A DNA stretch of 63,660 nt, the filler included, from Thraustochytrium aureum (lineage: Eukaryota): assembly GCA_012862495.1 (NCBI GenBank). It is 5 parts of 5 records of this genome, joined end to end, with 100 filler letters (N's around TTAATTAATTAA, not from the genome) between each part and the next. Parts side by side here need not be neighbours in the genome. Positions count along the whole stretch, not along the records: positions 1 to 31,427 come from BLSG01000347.1; positions 31,528 to 52,776 come from BLSG01000349.1; 3 more parts are not named here. The stretch is one strand, 5' to 3'. Position numbers and translations under genes: made by a program. The notes beneath the pieces are model-generated. The model saw only the letters and a list, made by a program, of their open reading frames with translations, was not told the origin of the DNA and made no database searches. The first letter of the stretch is position 1. Each line of letters starts with the position of its first letter. Of this stretch, positions 23,265 through 36,173 are shown piece by piece.

Positions 23265-23896
23265 CTAGCGCCATGTACAAGTAGGTATACTCGACACAAA
23301 GAAGTTGGTTTTTTTTGGACGGCCCAGCGCCCTACACAAAGTGCCGCGGAAACGGCACGCGGCCCAGCACAGCATAGTGCTGCGGAAGATGCGCAGAAAA
23401 GCAGTCGTGCGCAGCCACCAGGTCGCGAAACGTCCTCGCGCCGGGCTCGCACTCCAGCACGGTGGTCTCGCGCTCGTTGAGCGACGTGTCGTCGACCCAG
23501 ACGACTCGCCCCGGCGGGACCAGCAAGGGCTCTCCAAGCGGGTCGCCGCTCTCGGCGCAACGTCGCGCTCCCACCAAGCAGGGTCCTGCAACAGCGCATC
23601 AAGCGCCGCCGCATCGGCCGAGCTCCAAAGCGCAAAAGCGCGGCGCCGCAGCCGCTGGAACGACCCGAGACTGAACCGCGGCACCATGTCGTTGCCCATT
23701 ACCACCGTCGTCACGAAAGGGCCGAGCGCGATGGCCAGCTCGGGCGACGTTACGGCCGGCGTGCCGAACCCAAAGACGCGCAGCCTGGAAGCGTCAGAGA
23801 CGATCGGGTCCGGCCCTGTGAGCCACAAGCCCGCCAAGAGCGCCGCGGCGCCGGCCCCAAGGCTGTGGCCCGTTACCACAAGCTGAAAGTCGGCGT
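23265..23896 (-). CDS. Lipase class 3 (DAGL-like), C-terminal fragment
   Basis: LVVTGHSLGAGAAALLA, VFGFGTPAV, VVMGNDMVPRFS. A probable frameshift near 23560 leads into PLLVPPGRVVW...FSAHLPQHY (catalytic His region). Confidence 0.85.
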
Positions 23897-24896
23897 NNNN
23901 NNNNNNNNNNNNNNNNNNNNNNNNNNNNNNNNNNNNNNNNNNNNNNNNNNNNNNNNNNNNNNNNNNNNNNNNNNNNNNNNNNNNNNNNNNNNNNNNNNNN
24001 NNNNNNNNNNNNNNNNNNNNNNNNNNNNNNNNNNNNNNNNNNNNNNNNNNNNNNNNNNNNNNNNNNNNNNNNNNNNNNNNNNNNNNNNNNNNNNNNNNNN
24101 NNNNNNNNNNNNNNNNNNNNNNNNNNNNNNNNNNNNNNNNNNNNNNNNNNNNNNNNNNNNNNNNNNNNNNNNNNNNNNNNNNNNNNNNNNNNNNNNNNNN
24201 NNNNNNNNNNNNNNNNNNNNNNNNNNNNNNNNNNNNNNNNNNNNNNNNNNNNNNNNNNNNNNNNNNNNNNNNNNNNNNNNNNNNNNNNNNNNNNNNNNNN
24301 NNNNNNNNNNNNNNNNNNNNNNNNNNNNNNNNNNNNNNNNNNNNNNNNNNNNNNNNNNNNNNNNNNNNNNNNNNNNNNNNNNNNNNNNNNNNNNNNNNNN
24401 NNNNNNNNNNNNNNNNNNNNNNNNNNNNNNNNNNNNNNNNNNNNNNNNNNNNNNNNNNNNNNNNNNNNNNNNNNNNNNNNNNNNNNNNNNNNNNNNNNNN
24501 NNNNNNNNNNNNNNNNNNNNNNNNNNNNNNNNNNNNNNNNNNNNNNNNNNNNNNNNNNNNNNNNNNNNNNNNNNNNNNNNNNNNNNNNNNNNNNNNNNNN
24601 NNNNNNNNNNNNNNNNNNNNNNNNNNNNNNNNNNNNNNNNNNNNNNNNNNNNNNNNNNNNNNNNNNNNNNNNNNNNNNNNNNNNNNNNNNNNNNNNNNNN
24701 NNNNNNNNNNNNNNNNNNNNNNNNNNNNNNNNNNNNNNNNNNNNNNNNNNNNNNNNNNNNNNNNNNNNNNNNNNNNNNNNNNNNNNNNNNNNNNNNNNNN
24801 NNNNNNNNNNNNNNNNNNNNNNNNNNNNNNNNNNNNNNNNNNNNNNNNNNNNNNNNNNNNNNNNNNNNNNNNNNNNNNNNNNNNNNNNNNNNNNNN

Positions 24897-25256
24897 GTGA
24901 ACGCCATCCGGGGGAAAATTGCGCCTTTCCTGCCGGAGGAAACGCTTCCCAAAGAGGAGCGCGAGGTGGAGGCCGCGCAGCGGCTGAGCGACATGCGCAA
25001 CGTGATCAATGTGTACAACCGCGACCTGGACAGCGCCAAGGAGAGCTTTTTGCAGCACCCGCTGCGCGCCGCGCTCAAGCGCAAGAGCGCCGAGTCTGTC
25101 AACCTGTTCCACTCCAAGCAACAGCAAGCAAGGCTCTCGGAGGCTGCGGACTTGTTTTCTGTGCTGCACTCCGGAAGCGCGCGTCCGGGGTCTCTCAAGG
25201 ACCTTTCGTCTCACGGCGGCCAGGGAAGTGGGCCCCCGGCGGTCAAAGTAGAATGA
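24897..25256 (+). CDS. C-terminal fragment of a hypothetical protein
   Basis: Open frame from the gap with GC3-rich codons: VNAIRGKIAPFLPEE...PPAVKVE*. Confidence 0.55.
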   Translation: MNAIRGKIAPFLPEETLPKEEREVEAAQRLSDMRNVINVYNRDLDSAKESFLQHPLRAALKRKSAESVNLFHSKQQQARLSEAADLFSVLHSGSARPGSLKDLSSHGGQGSGPPAVKVE

Positions 25257-25576
25257 GCGCCTGCAGCGAAGCAGTTTGTCGCCGTTGTGTCGCGTCTTCG
25301 ACTGGCGGCCTTCTGGACTGCTGCTCTCCCTTGGAGCAAGTTGTTCGATGACGGTCCGCGAGGGCTCGGGGCCTCGGGTTTGAAGAAGAGTGCCTGCTGC
25401 CTCCCGGAGGCTCGAACGAACGAACGCCCAACCGCATGGGGCTATCAATCAAAAGCCGTTGTTTGTAAAGGTGTATCTTATCCACAAAGCGGTTCAGACG
25501 AAACAGCAACTGCGGGGCCGTTGCTGGCCTCACGCAAGTTGCAATAGTGAAGCCAAAGGGGGTGGGCGCTGCAGAG

Positions 25577-26515
25577 CTAGGACCAGTTGTGCGCGTGCTG
25601 GTGCTCGTCCTGGGCGTCCGAGTCTTGCTGCGAGAAGCCGCCGAGCTGGTCCGCGGCGGCAGAGTGCTGCGCATAGACCTGCTGCGACGGCGGGTCGACG
25701 TGCTGCTGGTACTGCTGCATCCGGGCGCGCAGCTCTTCCTTCTCCTCTTCGTACCGCAACTTGTCAGCAGCGGCGAGGTTGTTGTACTTGAACCGCTCTT
25801 CGCTCGAGAGGCTGCGCCACATGCTCCCGACTTTAATTGCGACTTCGCCGAACGATAGCGCGGGCTCTTCCACGGAGATTTGCGGGCGCACCTCCATGAC
25901 AAAGTAGGTGTAGCTCGAGAGCGGGTTTTTGGGTCCCAGCTTGACCTTCTTGGCGTTGTGGGCCTCGGATTCCGCCGCGAGCGCCTCCTCCTGCAGCCGG
26001 CCGTTAAAGTCGAGCATCTCGGCATCGTAACGCGCCTTGTCCTGCTCGGCTCTCAGGGAGTACGAAGCGCGGTCCTCTTGGCCCAGGCTGCGCCACATCT
26101 CGCCCACTTTGATGGCGACCTCGCGAAAGCTCAGCTTCGGGTTCTCGGCCTGGACGCGCTTGCGCACGTCCATGACATAGTACGCGTAGGCGCTTAGCGG
26201 GTTTTTAGGTGCGTCCTTGCGCTTTTTCCTTCGCTGCCGCGGGTCGACGAGCGCGGGCTGCGCTTTGCGCTGTTTGTATTCTTCCTTCTCGCGCTCGTAC
26301 CTCGCCTTGTCCTGCTCGGCTAGCTGCTCGAACCTGCGTCGGTGCTTGTCTGGCAATTCGCGCCACCTTTTCCCCACGAGCTTGGCGACCTCTTTGAAAC
26401 TCAGATTTGGGTTTTCGCGCTGCACGGTGCTGCGAACCTCAACAACAAACAGGGTGTACGCGCACAGCGGCTTCTTCGGCCCATCGCGGACCTTGCGCGG
26501 TCTCCCGACGGGCAT
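25577..26515 (-). CDS. Triple HMG-box protein
   Basis: Three boxes: PKKPLCAYTLF...W..L, PKNPLSAYAYY...WRSL and PKNPLSSYTYF...WRSL, each ending in DK.RY. Confidence 0.93.
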   Translation of the reverse strand: MPVGRPRKVRDGPKKPLCAYTLFVVEVRSTVQRENPNLSFKEVAKLVGKRWRELPDKHRRRFEQLAEQDKARYEREKEEYKQRKAQPALVDPRQRRKKRKDAPKNPLSAYAYYVMDVRKRVQAENPKLSFREVAIKVGEMWRSLGQEDRASYSLRAEQDKARYDAEMLDFNGRLQEEALAAESEAHNAKKVKLGPKNPLSSYTYFVMEVRPQISVEEPALSFGEVAIKVGSMWRSLSSEERFKYNNLAAADKLRYEEEKEELRARMQQYQQHVDPPSQQVYAQHSAAADQLGGFSQQDSDAQDEHQHAHNWS

Positions 26516-27881
26516 CCTCTTCTCCAGCCAAGGCCAAGCCGTTCAAAGTCCAGAGATGCCCCGTCCTCGCTGACGCGTCGCCGGACAACCGCAGCGGCGC
26601 CTTCGGCCCGCCAAGCCTCCACTCGCTGTACGGCCTTGTGCGTGCGTGCGTCCGAGCGTGCGTTCGAGCGTGCGTCCGAGCGTGCTTCTAAGCATGCGAG
26701 TACGAGGACGGACGCCCAAGTCTCGCCACAAGCCGGCTCCAGCAGCGGCAGCCAGCCTCAAGCCCTTCCCCTCCGCAGCAACCAAATTCACACACTCCAC
26801 GCCCACACGGCGCAGGCGCCTCGTCTTCGCGCTCGGCCTCCGTCCTGTGCGCCGCGCGGCGTCCCCCAAAACCCCGAAATCCCGCGATTTCCTTCAAATT
26901 TCCGCCAGCGCAACTGCCGCCGCGGCCGCCGCACAAAGCAGGCGACGCAGACGACGCAGCGACCGCCAGCGCCGCGAGCGCGCGCCTCCGCAGCCCGCCC
27001 TCCAGCAACGCCGCCGCCGGGGGCCCTCGCGGCGAGTAGGGAAGTAGAGTATACTCTGCTCGCTCGCGTTGCCGAGTCTGCCTTGAGAGTCTGGCAGCGC
27101 GCGGCCCTCCATGCTTCGGTAACATATGTTGACCAATCATAAGGTTATAAAACGGAGGTGAAATAAAACAAGACACGACGCAGCACCAGTTTAGGGCGTA
27201 CTGAGGTAGGTTGGGGTGCTTTGAGATAGGTTAGAGGGTGAGCTGAGGTCGTGCGGGAGATGGCCTTGTCCGAGTCGACGTTGGTGGCGTTCTTGCCGTT
27301 GTGGGCGGGCGGGCCGTCTCGCACTCGCGGCAGGAATCGTTTCGTTTCGTTTCGTTGCGGGGACGGGCGACGGCAATTGCTCAGGAAAGATCGCTGAAAT
27401 GGGATCTCCGTACCTGGCACGAACTCTGGCGGCTCGAGGGAGTCGCCCGTGGCCGCAGAAACCTCTGGCGACTGGGACCGCGTCGACTCGGTACGTGCCT
27501 TGATCAATCAATACTTTTTCAAGCGGCTTTGGCGGCTCGATGAGCGCAACGCTGAGCCGCAGTGCTCGACGTGAAAATCTGAGCGACATCGCGCAGGCAG
27601 GGCCTGCGCTTGCCTGGCAACTCGGCAGCGTGAGAAGACTATCGATCGCACCTGCCGCGTATTCCTCACGTTGCCGGTGCTTCTGGACGGCGTTAACATC
27701 TCACATCCGAAGTTCTTGCGCGCGAGATCGCCACGGCGTTCGGAACGCTCAAGTGTTTCCCTGAAACCCAAGCTCCTGGCCCGAAGCGTCCCAACGGGCA
27801 GCCGCGACGCCCCAAAACATTGTGGGTCGCATCGCCCAAAATGCGAACCGAAGATTTCGGGGTCGGTGGTCTGTGCCCCAC

Positions 27882-29837
27882 CTACGAAATGCTTTCGAAG
27901 GACAGGGGAACAGCAACATCATCATCGGCCGCCAGGTCTTCANNNNNNNNNNNNNNNNNNNNNNNNNNNNNNNNNNNNNNNNNNNNNNNNNNNNNNNNNN
28001 NNNNNNNNNNNNNNNNNNNNNNNNNNNNNNNNNNNNNNNNNNNNNNNNNNNNNNNNNNNNNNNNNNNNNNNNNNNNNNNNNNNNNNNNNNNNNNNNNNNN
28101 NNNNNNNNNNNNNNNNNNNNNNNNNNNNNNNNNNNNNNNNNNNNNNNNNNNNNNNNNNNNNNNNNNNNNNNNNNNNNNNNNNNNNNNNNNNNNNNNNNNN
28201 NNNNNNNCGTTGACTGGAAGCAGATCACCTTGGTGCGAATGGCGCTGCTCTCCTTGAACGACGCCACGGAATCGCAAGCGGCCGCCACCGCCTTCTTGCC
28301 CGCGACCCGGCCGATGCGAGGGGCTCCGTCAGACAACAGCACAATCGTGGGGTTTTGGGTGGTCTCCCGGAGCGCCACGCCGTAGTCGTTGCTGAAGATG
28401 TTTGTAAAGTCCGTGCCAGACGTCTTCTCGGTCGAGCGAGTCATCAAGCCATCCACCGCGCTCTTAAGGGCGCCAACGTCGTACGAGGCCGAGGAGGACA
28501 GGGACGAGATCGGGATGACATCCGAAACCGACGGACCGAAGCTCACGATGGAGAGCCGTGTGCCGTCCTCGCCGATGAACAGCTCGTCGATGAGGCTGTT
28601 GGCCACGGCCACCTGCGCGACGAGGTTCTTGTTCTTGATGCTGTACGNNNNNNNNNNNNNNNNNNNNNNNNNNNNNNNNNNNNNNNNNNNNNNNNNNNNN
28701 NNNNNNNNNNNNNNNNNNNNNNNNNNNNNNNNNNNNNNNNNNNNNNNNNNNNNNNNNNNNNNNNNNNNNNNNNNNNNNNNNNNNNNNNNNNNNNNNNNNN
28801 NNNNNNNNNNNNNNNNNNNNNNNNNNNNNNNNNNNNNNNNNNNNNNNNNNNNNNNNNNNNNNNNNNNNNNNNNNNNNNNNNNNNNNNNNNNNNNNNNNNN
28901 NNNNNNNNNNNNNNNNNNNNNNNNNNNNNNNNNNNNNNNNNNNNNNNNNNNNNNNNNNNNNNNNNNNNNNNNNNNNNNNNNNNNNNNNNNNNNNNNNNNN
29001 NNNNNNNNNNNNNNNNNNNNNNNNNNNNNNNNNNNNNNNNNNNNNNNNNNNNNNNNNNNNNNNNNNNNNNNNNNNNNNNNNNNNNNNNNNNNNNNNNNNN
29101 NNNNNNNNNNNNNNNNNNNNNNNNNNNNNNNNNNNNNNNNNNNNNNNNNNNNNNNNNNNNNNNNNNNNNNNNNNNNNNNNNNNNNNNNNNNNNNNNNNNN
29201 NNNNNNNNNNNNNNNNNNNNNNNNNNNNNNNNNNNNNNNNNNNNNNNNNNNNNNNNNNNNNNNNNNNNNNNNNNNNNNNNNNNNNNNNNNNNNNNNNNNN
29301 NNNNNNNNNNNNNNNNNNNNNNNNNNNNNNNNNNNNNNNNNNNNNNNNNNNNNNNNNNNNNNNNNNNNNNNNNNNNNNNNNNNNNNNNNNNNNNNNNNNN
29401 NNNNNNNNNNNNNNNNNNNNNNNNNNNNNNNNNNNNNNNNNNNNNNNNNNNNNNNNNNNNNNNNNNNNNNNNNNNNNNNNNNNNNNNNNNNNNNNNNNNN
29501 NNNNNNNNNNNNNNNNNNNNNNNNNNNNNNNNNNNNNNNNNNNNNNNNNNNNNNNNNNNNNNNNNNNNNNNNNNNNNNNNNNNNNNNNNNNNNNNNNNNN
29601 NNNNNNNNNNNNNNNNNNCTCGTTCTGAGCGCTCGTCGTCACGTGGAAAAGCCCTGCCGGTTGGCCGCTGGGAATCGAGGCCAGCGAGTAGGAGAACTCG
29701 GCTTCGAAGTTGGATCCGAACGTGAGGCTTCCTACTTGCTGCGCCGTCGCAGGCACTGGGGACAGGCCGTTGGGGCACGTCGCGTCGCCCGAGGCCAACG
29801 CCGCCAACGTTGCAGCGAGGACCAGAATACGCATCAT
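27882..29837 (-). CDS. Secreted protein containing a von Willebrand A domain (mostly in gaps, 3' end uncertain)
   Basis: Signal peptide MMRILVLAATLAALASG/DATC. The fragment 28208-28647 has TRLSIVSFG, SGTDF and IVLLSDGAP, typical VWA strands. That the fragments belong to one gene is inferred across gaps. Confidence 0.6.
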
Positions 29838-31427
29838 CGTGGTTGGTCGCCTTTGTTTCGTGTGTCGTGCCGTCCGTCAATTGGTTCGAAGTGATTGGGG
29901 TCTGGTGGCTCCCAGGACGGGTGGCAGCCTCAACGCAGGGCAGCCACCAGCCTTCCTTGGAAAAAGAGAACGCCCTTCAATGTGCGGCTGGACCAGTTGA
30001 TCCCCTCTGATGAAGCAGCTGTGCACCTACTCAATGTGATTCGCTTGCTGGCGCTGTCGTTTCAGACGCAGGCGTCCTTGTCGCGGCCGCGTGAGAGCCA
30101 ACACGCAGCCAGGCATTTCACGACTCCGAGTCCCTCCACACGAGCTTGAACAGACCAGGTTGCAAGGAGCGCATGCCAAGATCGGGCGACATCCGAGGCG
30201 GCTCCCAGAGGCAGGCGCACGAGGTGAGTCCATTCTGGTCAGGAGGAGAGTTGCACTGTCCCATTTGCTGGCCAAGGCTGAGCGCCGCGTCAGTCGCACA
30301 ACGCGCTGTATCGGGGCTCCATCGCAAGCTCGGCTGGAGCTTGAGAGCTAGCTCGAAAGCTACTCATCTCCCTCTCGACGGAGAGAGTTCGTCTTCTCGT
30401 GTGGGTTTGTCTCAGATTCGAGACCAACCTGAATTCTGAATCTGAATAAATTCTGAGGCAAACCATGCCATCCCACTCGAAGTTGCCCATTCGAAGTTAT
30501 TGCAACCAAAGTGAGGAAGAAAGAGAATCTGAAGAATTCCACGCTCAGCTCCTCCTCTGGTCGCCCAGCTAAAAACCCAAACAAACCATGAAAAGCGGGC
30601 GGAGAAAATGCACTTTACTCGAGCATCCAAGAAGAAAATGCACTTTACCAAGCACGCTAGATGCACCACCACTCTACTCTTTTCAATGCAACTGCGGGCT
30701 CTGATCGGCAGTTTTCTGGAAACCAAACGTGGCGTCCCACTGGCGCGCACACCTTCGAGAGGAGCGTGTGGTCGCGTGCATGCCCCCCTTGCCAACCAAC
30801 GCACGCCCGTGCGTGAGTGACTGCCTGCCAGTGGGTGAGCGAGTGTGCGTGCGTTCGTGTGAATGAGTGAGCGAGTGAGTGCGTGAGTGGTAAGTGGGTG
30901 GGTGACGAGTACGAGTACCTACTCTGCCTCCACCACGACTCTGCTGAAGAAGGATCGGCTCTCCAGGCCGGGAGGAGGCAGGACGCGGCAGCGCCTCCTC
31001 CACTGGAATCCTCTCATCCAGGGGCCTCTCTACTACCAGCTAGTAGGAGCGAGCTAGCTCTAAAGAGGTAGGTACTAGTACTCTTTGTCTTCTTCTCGAA
31101 CTTTCGAAGGTTTCGTACCCTAACCCCCTGCACGGGCGGCCCCTCCTAGCGAGAGTAGGTAGCAGCAGAAGGATGCCCCACACGCCACACCTACAAGAGG
31201 GGGGAAAGCAAGACTTGTTCAAAAGGTGACAAAAGGTGGACTGCGAAAGGGGGAACTGCGCGTCCCTCGCAGGCTGGCTCCCCCAAAACCCCCTTAATAG
31301 ATCAACATCGGACACGTGTCGGGCAAATACATTTTTTTTAATTTTATCCATCTGCGAAACGGGGCATGAGATGGGGCGGATTGGCGAGGCGAGAGTCCGC
31401 TAGGACATGCACGACGGTAAATCCAAG

Positions 31428-31527
31428 NNNNNNNNNNNNNNNNNNNNNNNNNNNNNNNNNNNNNNNNNNNNTTAATTAATTAANNNNNNNNNNNNNNNNN
31501 NNNNNNNNNNNNNNNNNNNNNNNNNNN
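31428..31527. other. Artificial scaffold spacer N44-TTAATTAATTAA-N44
   Basis: Exactly 100 bp with a six-frame stop linker. Identical copies at 52777, 56073 and 59506. Confidence 0.95.
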
Positions 31528-32990
31528 GGTTTGGGAGAGAGTGCGTTGCTGCGACAGCCACTCGCGCGTGCGGTGTACGCCGGGCATCGTGTTGGAGCGC
31601 GCGCAGCGGCTCGCGGAACGACGGAGGCCGCTCGCATGGTCAACCCCTGAGAGGCGGCGCGCCGAGGTGGCCATGCCCAGCGTTCGCGAGGACTGCCCGG
31701 TGAGGACGTCGAGCGACTGGGCCTCGCAGGGCGCTACCTTGTTGTGGATGCCGACGAGGAGAGAGTAGTCCATGATGTGCAGCTCGCTGAGGAAGGCGGC
31801 GTCCTTTTTGAGCTGCGCGAGGAACTGGTCCTTGAGGGGCCCCAGCCGGAACTTTTGCTTGTTGTAGATGAGGTCGAGGTCCTTGAAGACGGCCTCGCCC
31901 GGCTTGGCGGCGCGGCCCACCGTTGAGCCCTTGATGTCGTAGACGGTGTGGATTTTGCGCGAGGCGGCGTTGCTGTACACGCTCTTGAGGATGACGAAGT
32001 GCATGTTGCGCCCGAGGTGCGCGAGGTGGACGCGGTGCATGCCGCAGATGCGCACGATGAGCGAGTCTTCGTTGTCCGCCATGTACATGTAGTAGCGCGG
32101 CAGGATCTGCCTCATAAACTTGGACTCTTGCTTGCTCTGCGTCTTGATCAGGTAGTGGCCGTCGTTGGAGTAGAAGAAGAACTGGCCCGACTTTGAGTTG
32201 GAGATGAACTCGATGTAGTTGTACTTGCCGCACAGAGATAGCATGTAGTCCATGTCGTCGATCCCGAACTTGCTGCGCAGCTTGCGGAACACCTCCGGCG
32301 CGTAGTCCTTGAACCGAAACCGCTCCCCCAGCTGGTGCGCCGGCGTCCGCTCCGAGCCCGCGGGGTCGAAGACGAGCCGGTCCACGTGCATAAAGTCCTC
32401 AATAGTCAGCTCGCGCCCGCCAGAAGACCGCGGGTAGGGCGCGTCCTTGCCGACCGCCACCGGGCTCTGCCGCGACACGGAAAACCGGATGCCCAGCATC
32501 ATGCAGTACGTTATGCTGTACTGCTCGTGCTCCTGCGTGATCTCGCCCTTCTTGCGTCGCCGCTCAAAGTGCGGCCTGTGCAGCTTTAGCGGTCCCTTTT
32601 TCTTCTGTTTGCGCTTCTCCTTGCGCTCCCTCTTTGACCGCAGCCGCGCCTCGGTCTCGTCGCGAAGCGCTTGCGAGAAGGGCGACCCGGGCTGCGGCTC
32701 CAGCCCCGCGCTCAAGTCCAGCCCCGCCGCGACGCAGGCAAGCCCGGTTGGATCGGACAGCGTCCGCCGGTACGGCCGCCGCTGGGTCCTCTGGCGCAAA
32801 ATACTGGACCGCGCCCTGTGGTCCACTTCCTCGTCCTCGTGTGGGTCCTCGCTCAGCAGAGGGAACGAGCCGCCGTCGGCGCCCTCCGACTGTCGTATGA
32901 CCGTGCTGCTGGGTCCATCGCTTGCTGCCGTGCGCTCGGGTCTTTTCTGCTGCCGGTGCTGCTGGTGCCGGTTTTGCGCTCTTCGCGTTC
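31528..32990 (-). CDS. PIP5K: Phosphatidylinositol phosphate kinase (PIP5K/PIPKc), partial
   Basis: Motifs MMLGIRFSV, FRFKDYAPEVFRKLR, SNSKSGQFFFYSNDGHYLIKT, YDIKGST, FKDLD and IMDYSLLVGIH. Confidence 0.93.
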
Positions 32991-33444
32991 NNNNNNNNNN
33001 NNNNNNNNNNNNNNNNNNNNNNNNNNNNNNNNNNNNNNNNNNNNNNNNNNNNNNNNNNNNNNNNNNNNNNNNNNNNNNNNNNNNNNNNNNNNNNNNNNNN
33101 NNNNNNNNNNNNNNNNNNNNNNNNNNNNNNNNNNNNNNNNNNNNNNNNNNNNNNNNNNNNNNNNNNNNNNNNNNNNNNNNNNNNNNNNNNNNNNNNNNNN
33201 NNNNNNNNNNNNNNNNNNNNNNNNNNNNNNNNNNNNNNNNNNNNNNNNNNNNNNNNNNNNNNNNNNNNNNNNNNNNNNNNNNNNNNNNNNNNNNNNNNNN
33301 NNNNNNNNNNNNNNNNNNNNNNNNNNNNNNNNNNNNNNNNNNNNNNNNNNNNNNNNNNNNNNNNNNNNNNNNNNNNNNNNNNNNNNNNNNNNNNNNNNNN
33401 NNNNNNNNNNNNNNNNNNNNNNNNNNNNNNNNNNNNNNNNNNNG

Positions 33445-33627
33445 CCTCTGCCTGGCTGGCAAGCTGCCAGTGCTGGCCGGCCGGCTGGCGCGCTGGCTGG
33501 CTGGCGGGCTGGCGGCCGGCGGGCTGGCTGGCTCGCGCGTCTGCTGCTGGCGCGCGAGAATGTACCGATGCGGTGCGGCGTTCTGTTGTTGTTGTCGCTG
33601 TTGTTGTTGTTGCTGTTGTTGATGTTG
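33445..33627. repeat. Simple repeats (CTGG)n-like and (TTG)n
   Basis: Visible ctggctgg and gttgttgtt tracts next to a gap. Confidence 0.7.
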
Positions 33628-35148
33628 AGTTGAATTGAGAAAAAAAACAAAAACATTGAAGTAAAAAAAAGACTTTTCTACTTCGGCAAGGAGATGAAGC
33701 GGCGTGCGAGAGAGAGCACAAGGCCCGGGAGACGGTTTTGCATTGCAGCAATTGCAATGGCCGGGCCGCGAGAGCGCCTGTCTGTCTGTGGTGTGGCTGG
33801 TTGTTCGGTGTGCTGGTTGGTGTGCGGCCGGCGCATTGTTCGGTGCGCCTCTGCCAGCGAGAGCGGCCAGCGCCGTCAAGTGAGTACCTTCGCCTCACGG
33901 TTGGTTGTTGAGCATCGATGATGATGTGCCACAGAGCCATGCCTCTGGTGGGACGCAGAGGACAGGNNNNNNNNNNNNNNNNNNNNNNNNNNNNNNNNNN
34001 NNNNNNNNNNNNNNNNNNNNNNNNNNNNNNNNNNNNNNNNNNNNNNNNNNNNNNNNNNNNNNNNNNNNNNNNNNNNNNNNNNNNNNNNNNNNNNNNNNNN
34101 NNNNNNNNNNNNNNNNNNNNNNNNNNNNNNNNNNNNNNNNNNNNNNNNNNNNNNNNNNNNNNNNNNNNNNNNNNNNNNNNNNNNNNNNNNNNNNNNNNNN
34201 NNNNNNNNNNNNNNNNNNNNNNNNNNNNNNNNNNNNNNNNNNNNNNNNNNNNNNNNNNNNNNNNNNNNNNNNNNNNNNNNNNNNNNNNNNNNNNNNNNNN
34301 NNNNNNNNNNNNNNNNNNNNNNNNNNNNNNNNNNNNNNNNNNNNNNNNNNNNNNNNNNNNNNNNNNNNNNNNNNNNNNNNNNNNNNNNNNNNNNNNNNNN
34401 NNNNNNNNNNNNNNNNNNNNNNNNNNNNNNNNNNNNNNNNNNNNNNNNNNNNNNNNNNNNNNNNNNNNNNNNNNNNNNNNNNNNNNNNNNNNNNNNNNNN
34501 NNNNNNNNNNNNNNNNNNNNNNNNNNNNNNNNNNNNNNNNNNNNNNNNNNNNNNNNNNNNNNNNNNNNNNNNNNNNNNNNNNNNNNNNNNNNNNNNNNNN
34601 NNNNNNNNNNNNNNNNNNNNNNNNNNNNNNNNNNNNNNNNNNNNNNNNNNNNNNNNNNNNNNNNNNNNNNNNNNNNNNNNNNNNNNNNNNNNNNNNNNNN
34701 NNNNNNNNNNNNNNNCCTGCTGGCAGCGACCGCGCAAGAGCCTCGAGTGGTGCGTGATCTGACTGACTATCCGATGCGTGCTGCAGGCTTTGCAAGTGGC
34801 ACCGAAGCTTCGACGCGGCCGTGAATGTGTGAACCCGGACATGGACGAAAAAACGAGCTGGTGCATGGCGCGGCGCGGCGACCCGCGGTGCTCCGCGACT
34901 AGCTCCGCTGCGGCCAAGTCGGACACTCCTTGGTGCGCGGTCACGAGCGGCGAAGCGGAATTGGCGATACTTGCACCGCCTTGGGACGCGCGCTTCGGCG
35001 AGGCTCTGGCCTCCGTGCAAAGCTCTGCTCTCCCACGCCGCCCCGGGGTGCCGCGCGAAGCAGGCGTCGAGGCACCGACCACAAAACGCAATTTTCCTTT
35101 TTGATTGGATTCCTTTTGACGTGCGACGCCAACGATGCCTGCCCACGC

Positions 35149-36173
35149 CTACGCAGGTGCGTCCTCTGGCTGGTCATTTGCGATGCTGTTGCTGGCCTCG
35201 CCCCCGGGGCCGTCGACGGCGTGGAACGCGGCAGCAAGTGACCGGTACGGCTCGAGGCGCTCCGCGTGCGTCATCACCGCCCGCCCGCTGCTGCTCGGCA
35301 GGACCCAGATGCGCGTCGACTTTGGGAATGGCCAGCCCCGCGGCATGTCGCCGAAAAACTCGCCGTGCTGGACAACGCCGATCTCGCCAGGAAATATGAG
35401 GCGAAACTGCCGCTTCCCGGTGAAGGCCACGAGGCGCGGAGGCGCCCCCGCGCGGCGCTGGTGCGCGTCGAGCCGCTTGTACAGCCCCTGTGCCCACTCG
35501 AGCATGCGCTTCTTCCCGTACGTCTGGGCGTTGTTGCCCGGCTCTAGCCCCAGGTCGGTGAGGCCCACCCCAAAGTCAGCGGGCAGCCGGTTCTGCGCCT
35601 CTATTGGCAGCGAGGCTGGCAGGAGGCCGCGAAAGGCCGGTGCGCCCTTGCCGAGCGACTGGCCCGTCAAGAGGCGCCACATTCTGTTGGTCGGGTTGCT
35701 GTAAAACNGGCCGGAAGCCNNNNNNNNNNNNNNNNNNNNNNNNNNNNNNNNNNNNNNNNNNNNNNNNNNNNNNNNNNNNNNNNNNNNNNNNNNNNNNNNN
35801 NNNNNNNNNNNNNNNNNNNNNNNNNNNNNNNNNNNNNNNNNNNNNNNNNNNNNNNNNNNNNNNNNNNNNNNNNNNNNNNNNNNNNNNNNNNNNNNNNNNN
35901 NNNNNNNNNNNNNNNNNNNNNNNNGTAGCACGCGCTGCACGCGCTAGCGAACCGCTCGCGGTACCTGCCCGGTTCGGGCGCAAGAAACGGCTCCACCAGC
36001 CTCCTGCCCTGCGCGTCGGGCTCCTCGGCCTTGACGTCGTCCGCATCTCGCTTCGCAGCTGCGACTGGGCCCCCGCCGCCCGCCGCGCCGTGCGCCAGGG
36101 CGCTTCGCTTCGACTGCAGCGCGCACGGGAGGTCTTCGGCACGAAACCGCAGCGCGCTCAGCGACCGCTTCAT
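35149..36173 (-). CDS. Mismatch-specific uracil/thymine DNA glycosylase (Mug/TDG, UDG family 2)
   Basis: Motifs SGxFYSNPTNRMWRLL, GVGLTDL, LVAFTGK and WVLPSSSGRA. The catalytic GxNPG motif presumably falls in the gap 35720-35924. ATG at 36173. Confidence 0.85.

Noticed and set aside
30603..30920. Short direct repeat gaaaatgcacttta twice and (GTGA)n tract as mobile-element ends
   Set aside because: No terminal inverted repeats, target-site duplication or transposase. Ordinary intergenic simple repeats.
31472..31483. TTAATTAATTAA as a piggyBac target site or biological motif (also 52821, 56117, 59550)
   Set aside because: Always centred in an exact 100-bp N spacer, so it is an artificial six-frame-stop linker. 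Gene neighbourhoods across it are meaningless.
32564..35146. Very long ORFs running through N gaps
   Set aside because: Their length comes from X runs, and frames across gaps are not reliable.
16552..36173. Base-excision-repair cluster (Tag and Mug/TDG)
   Set aside because: The genes are separated by an artificial scaffold join.
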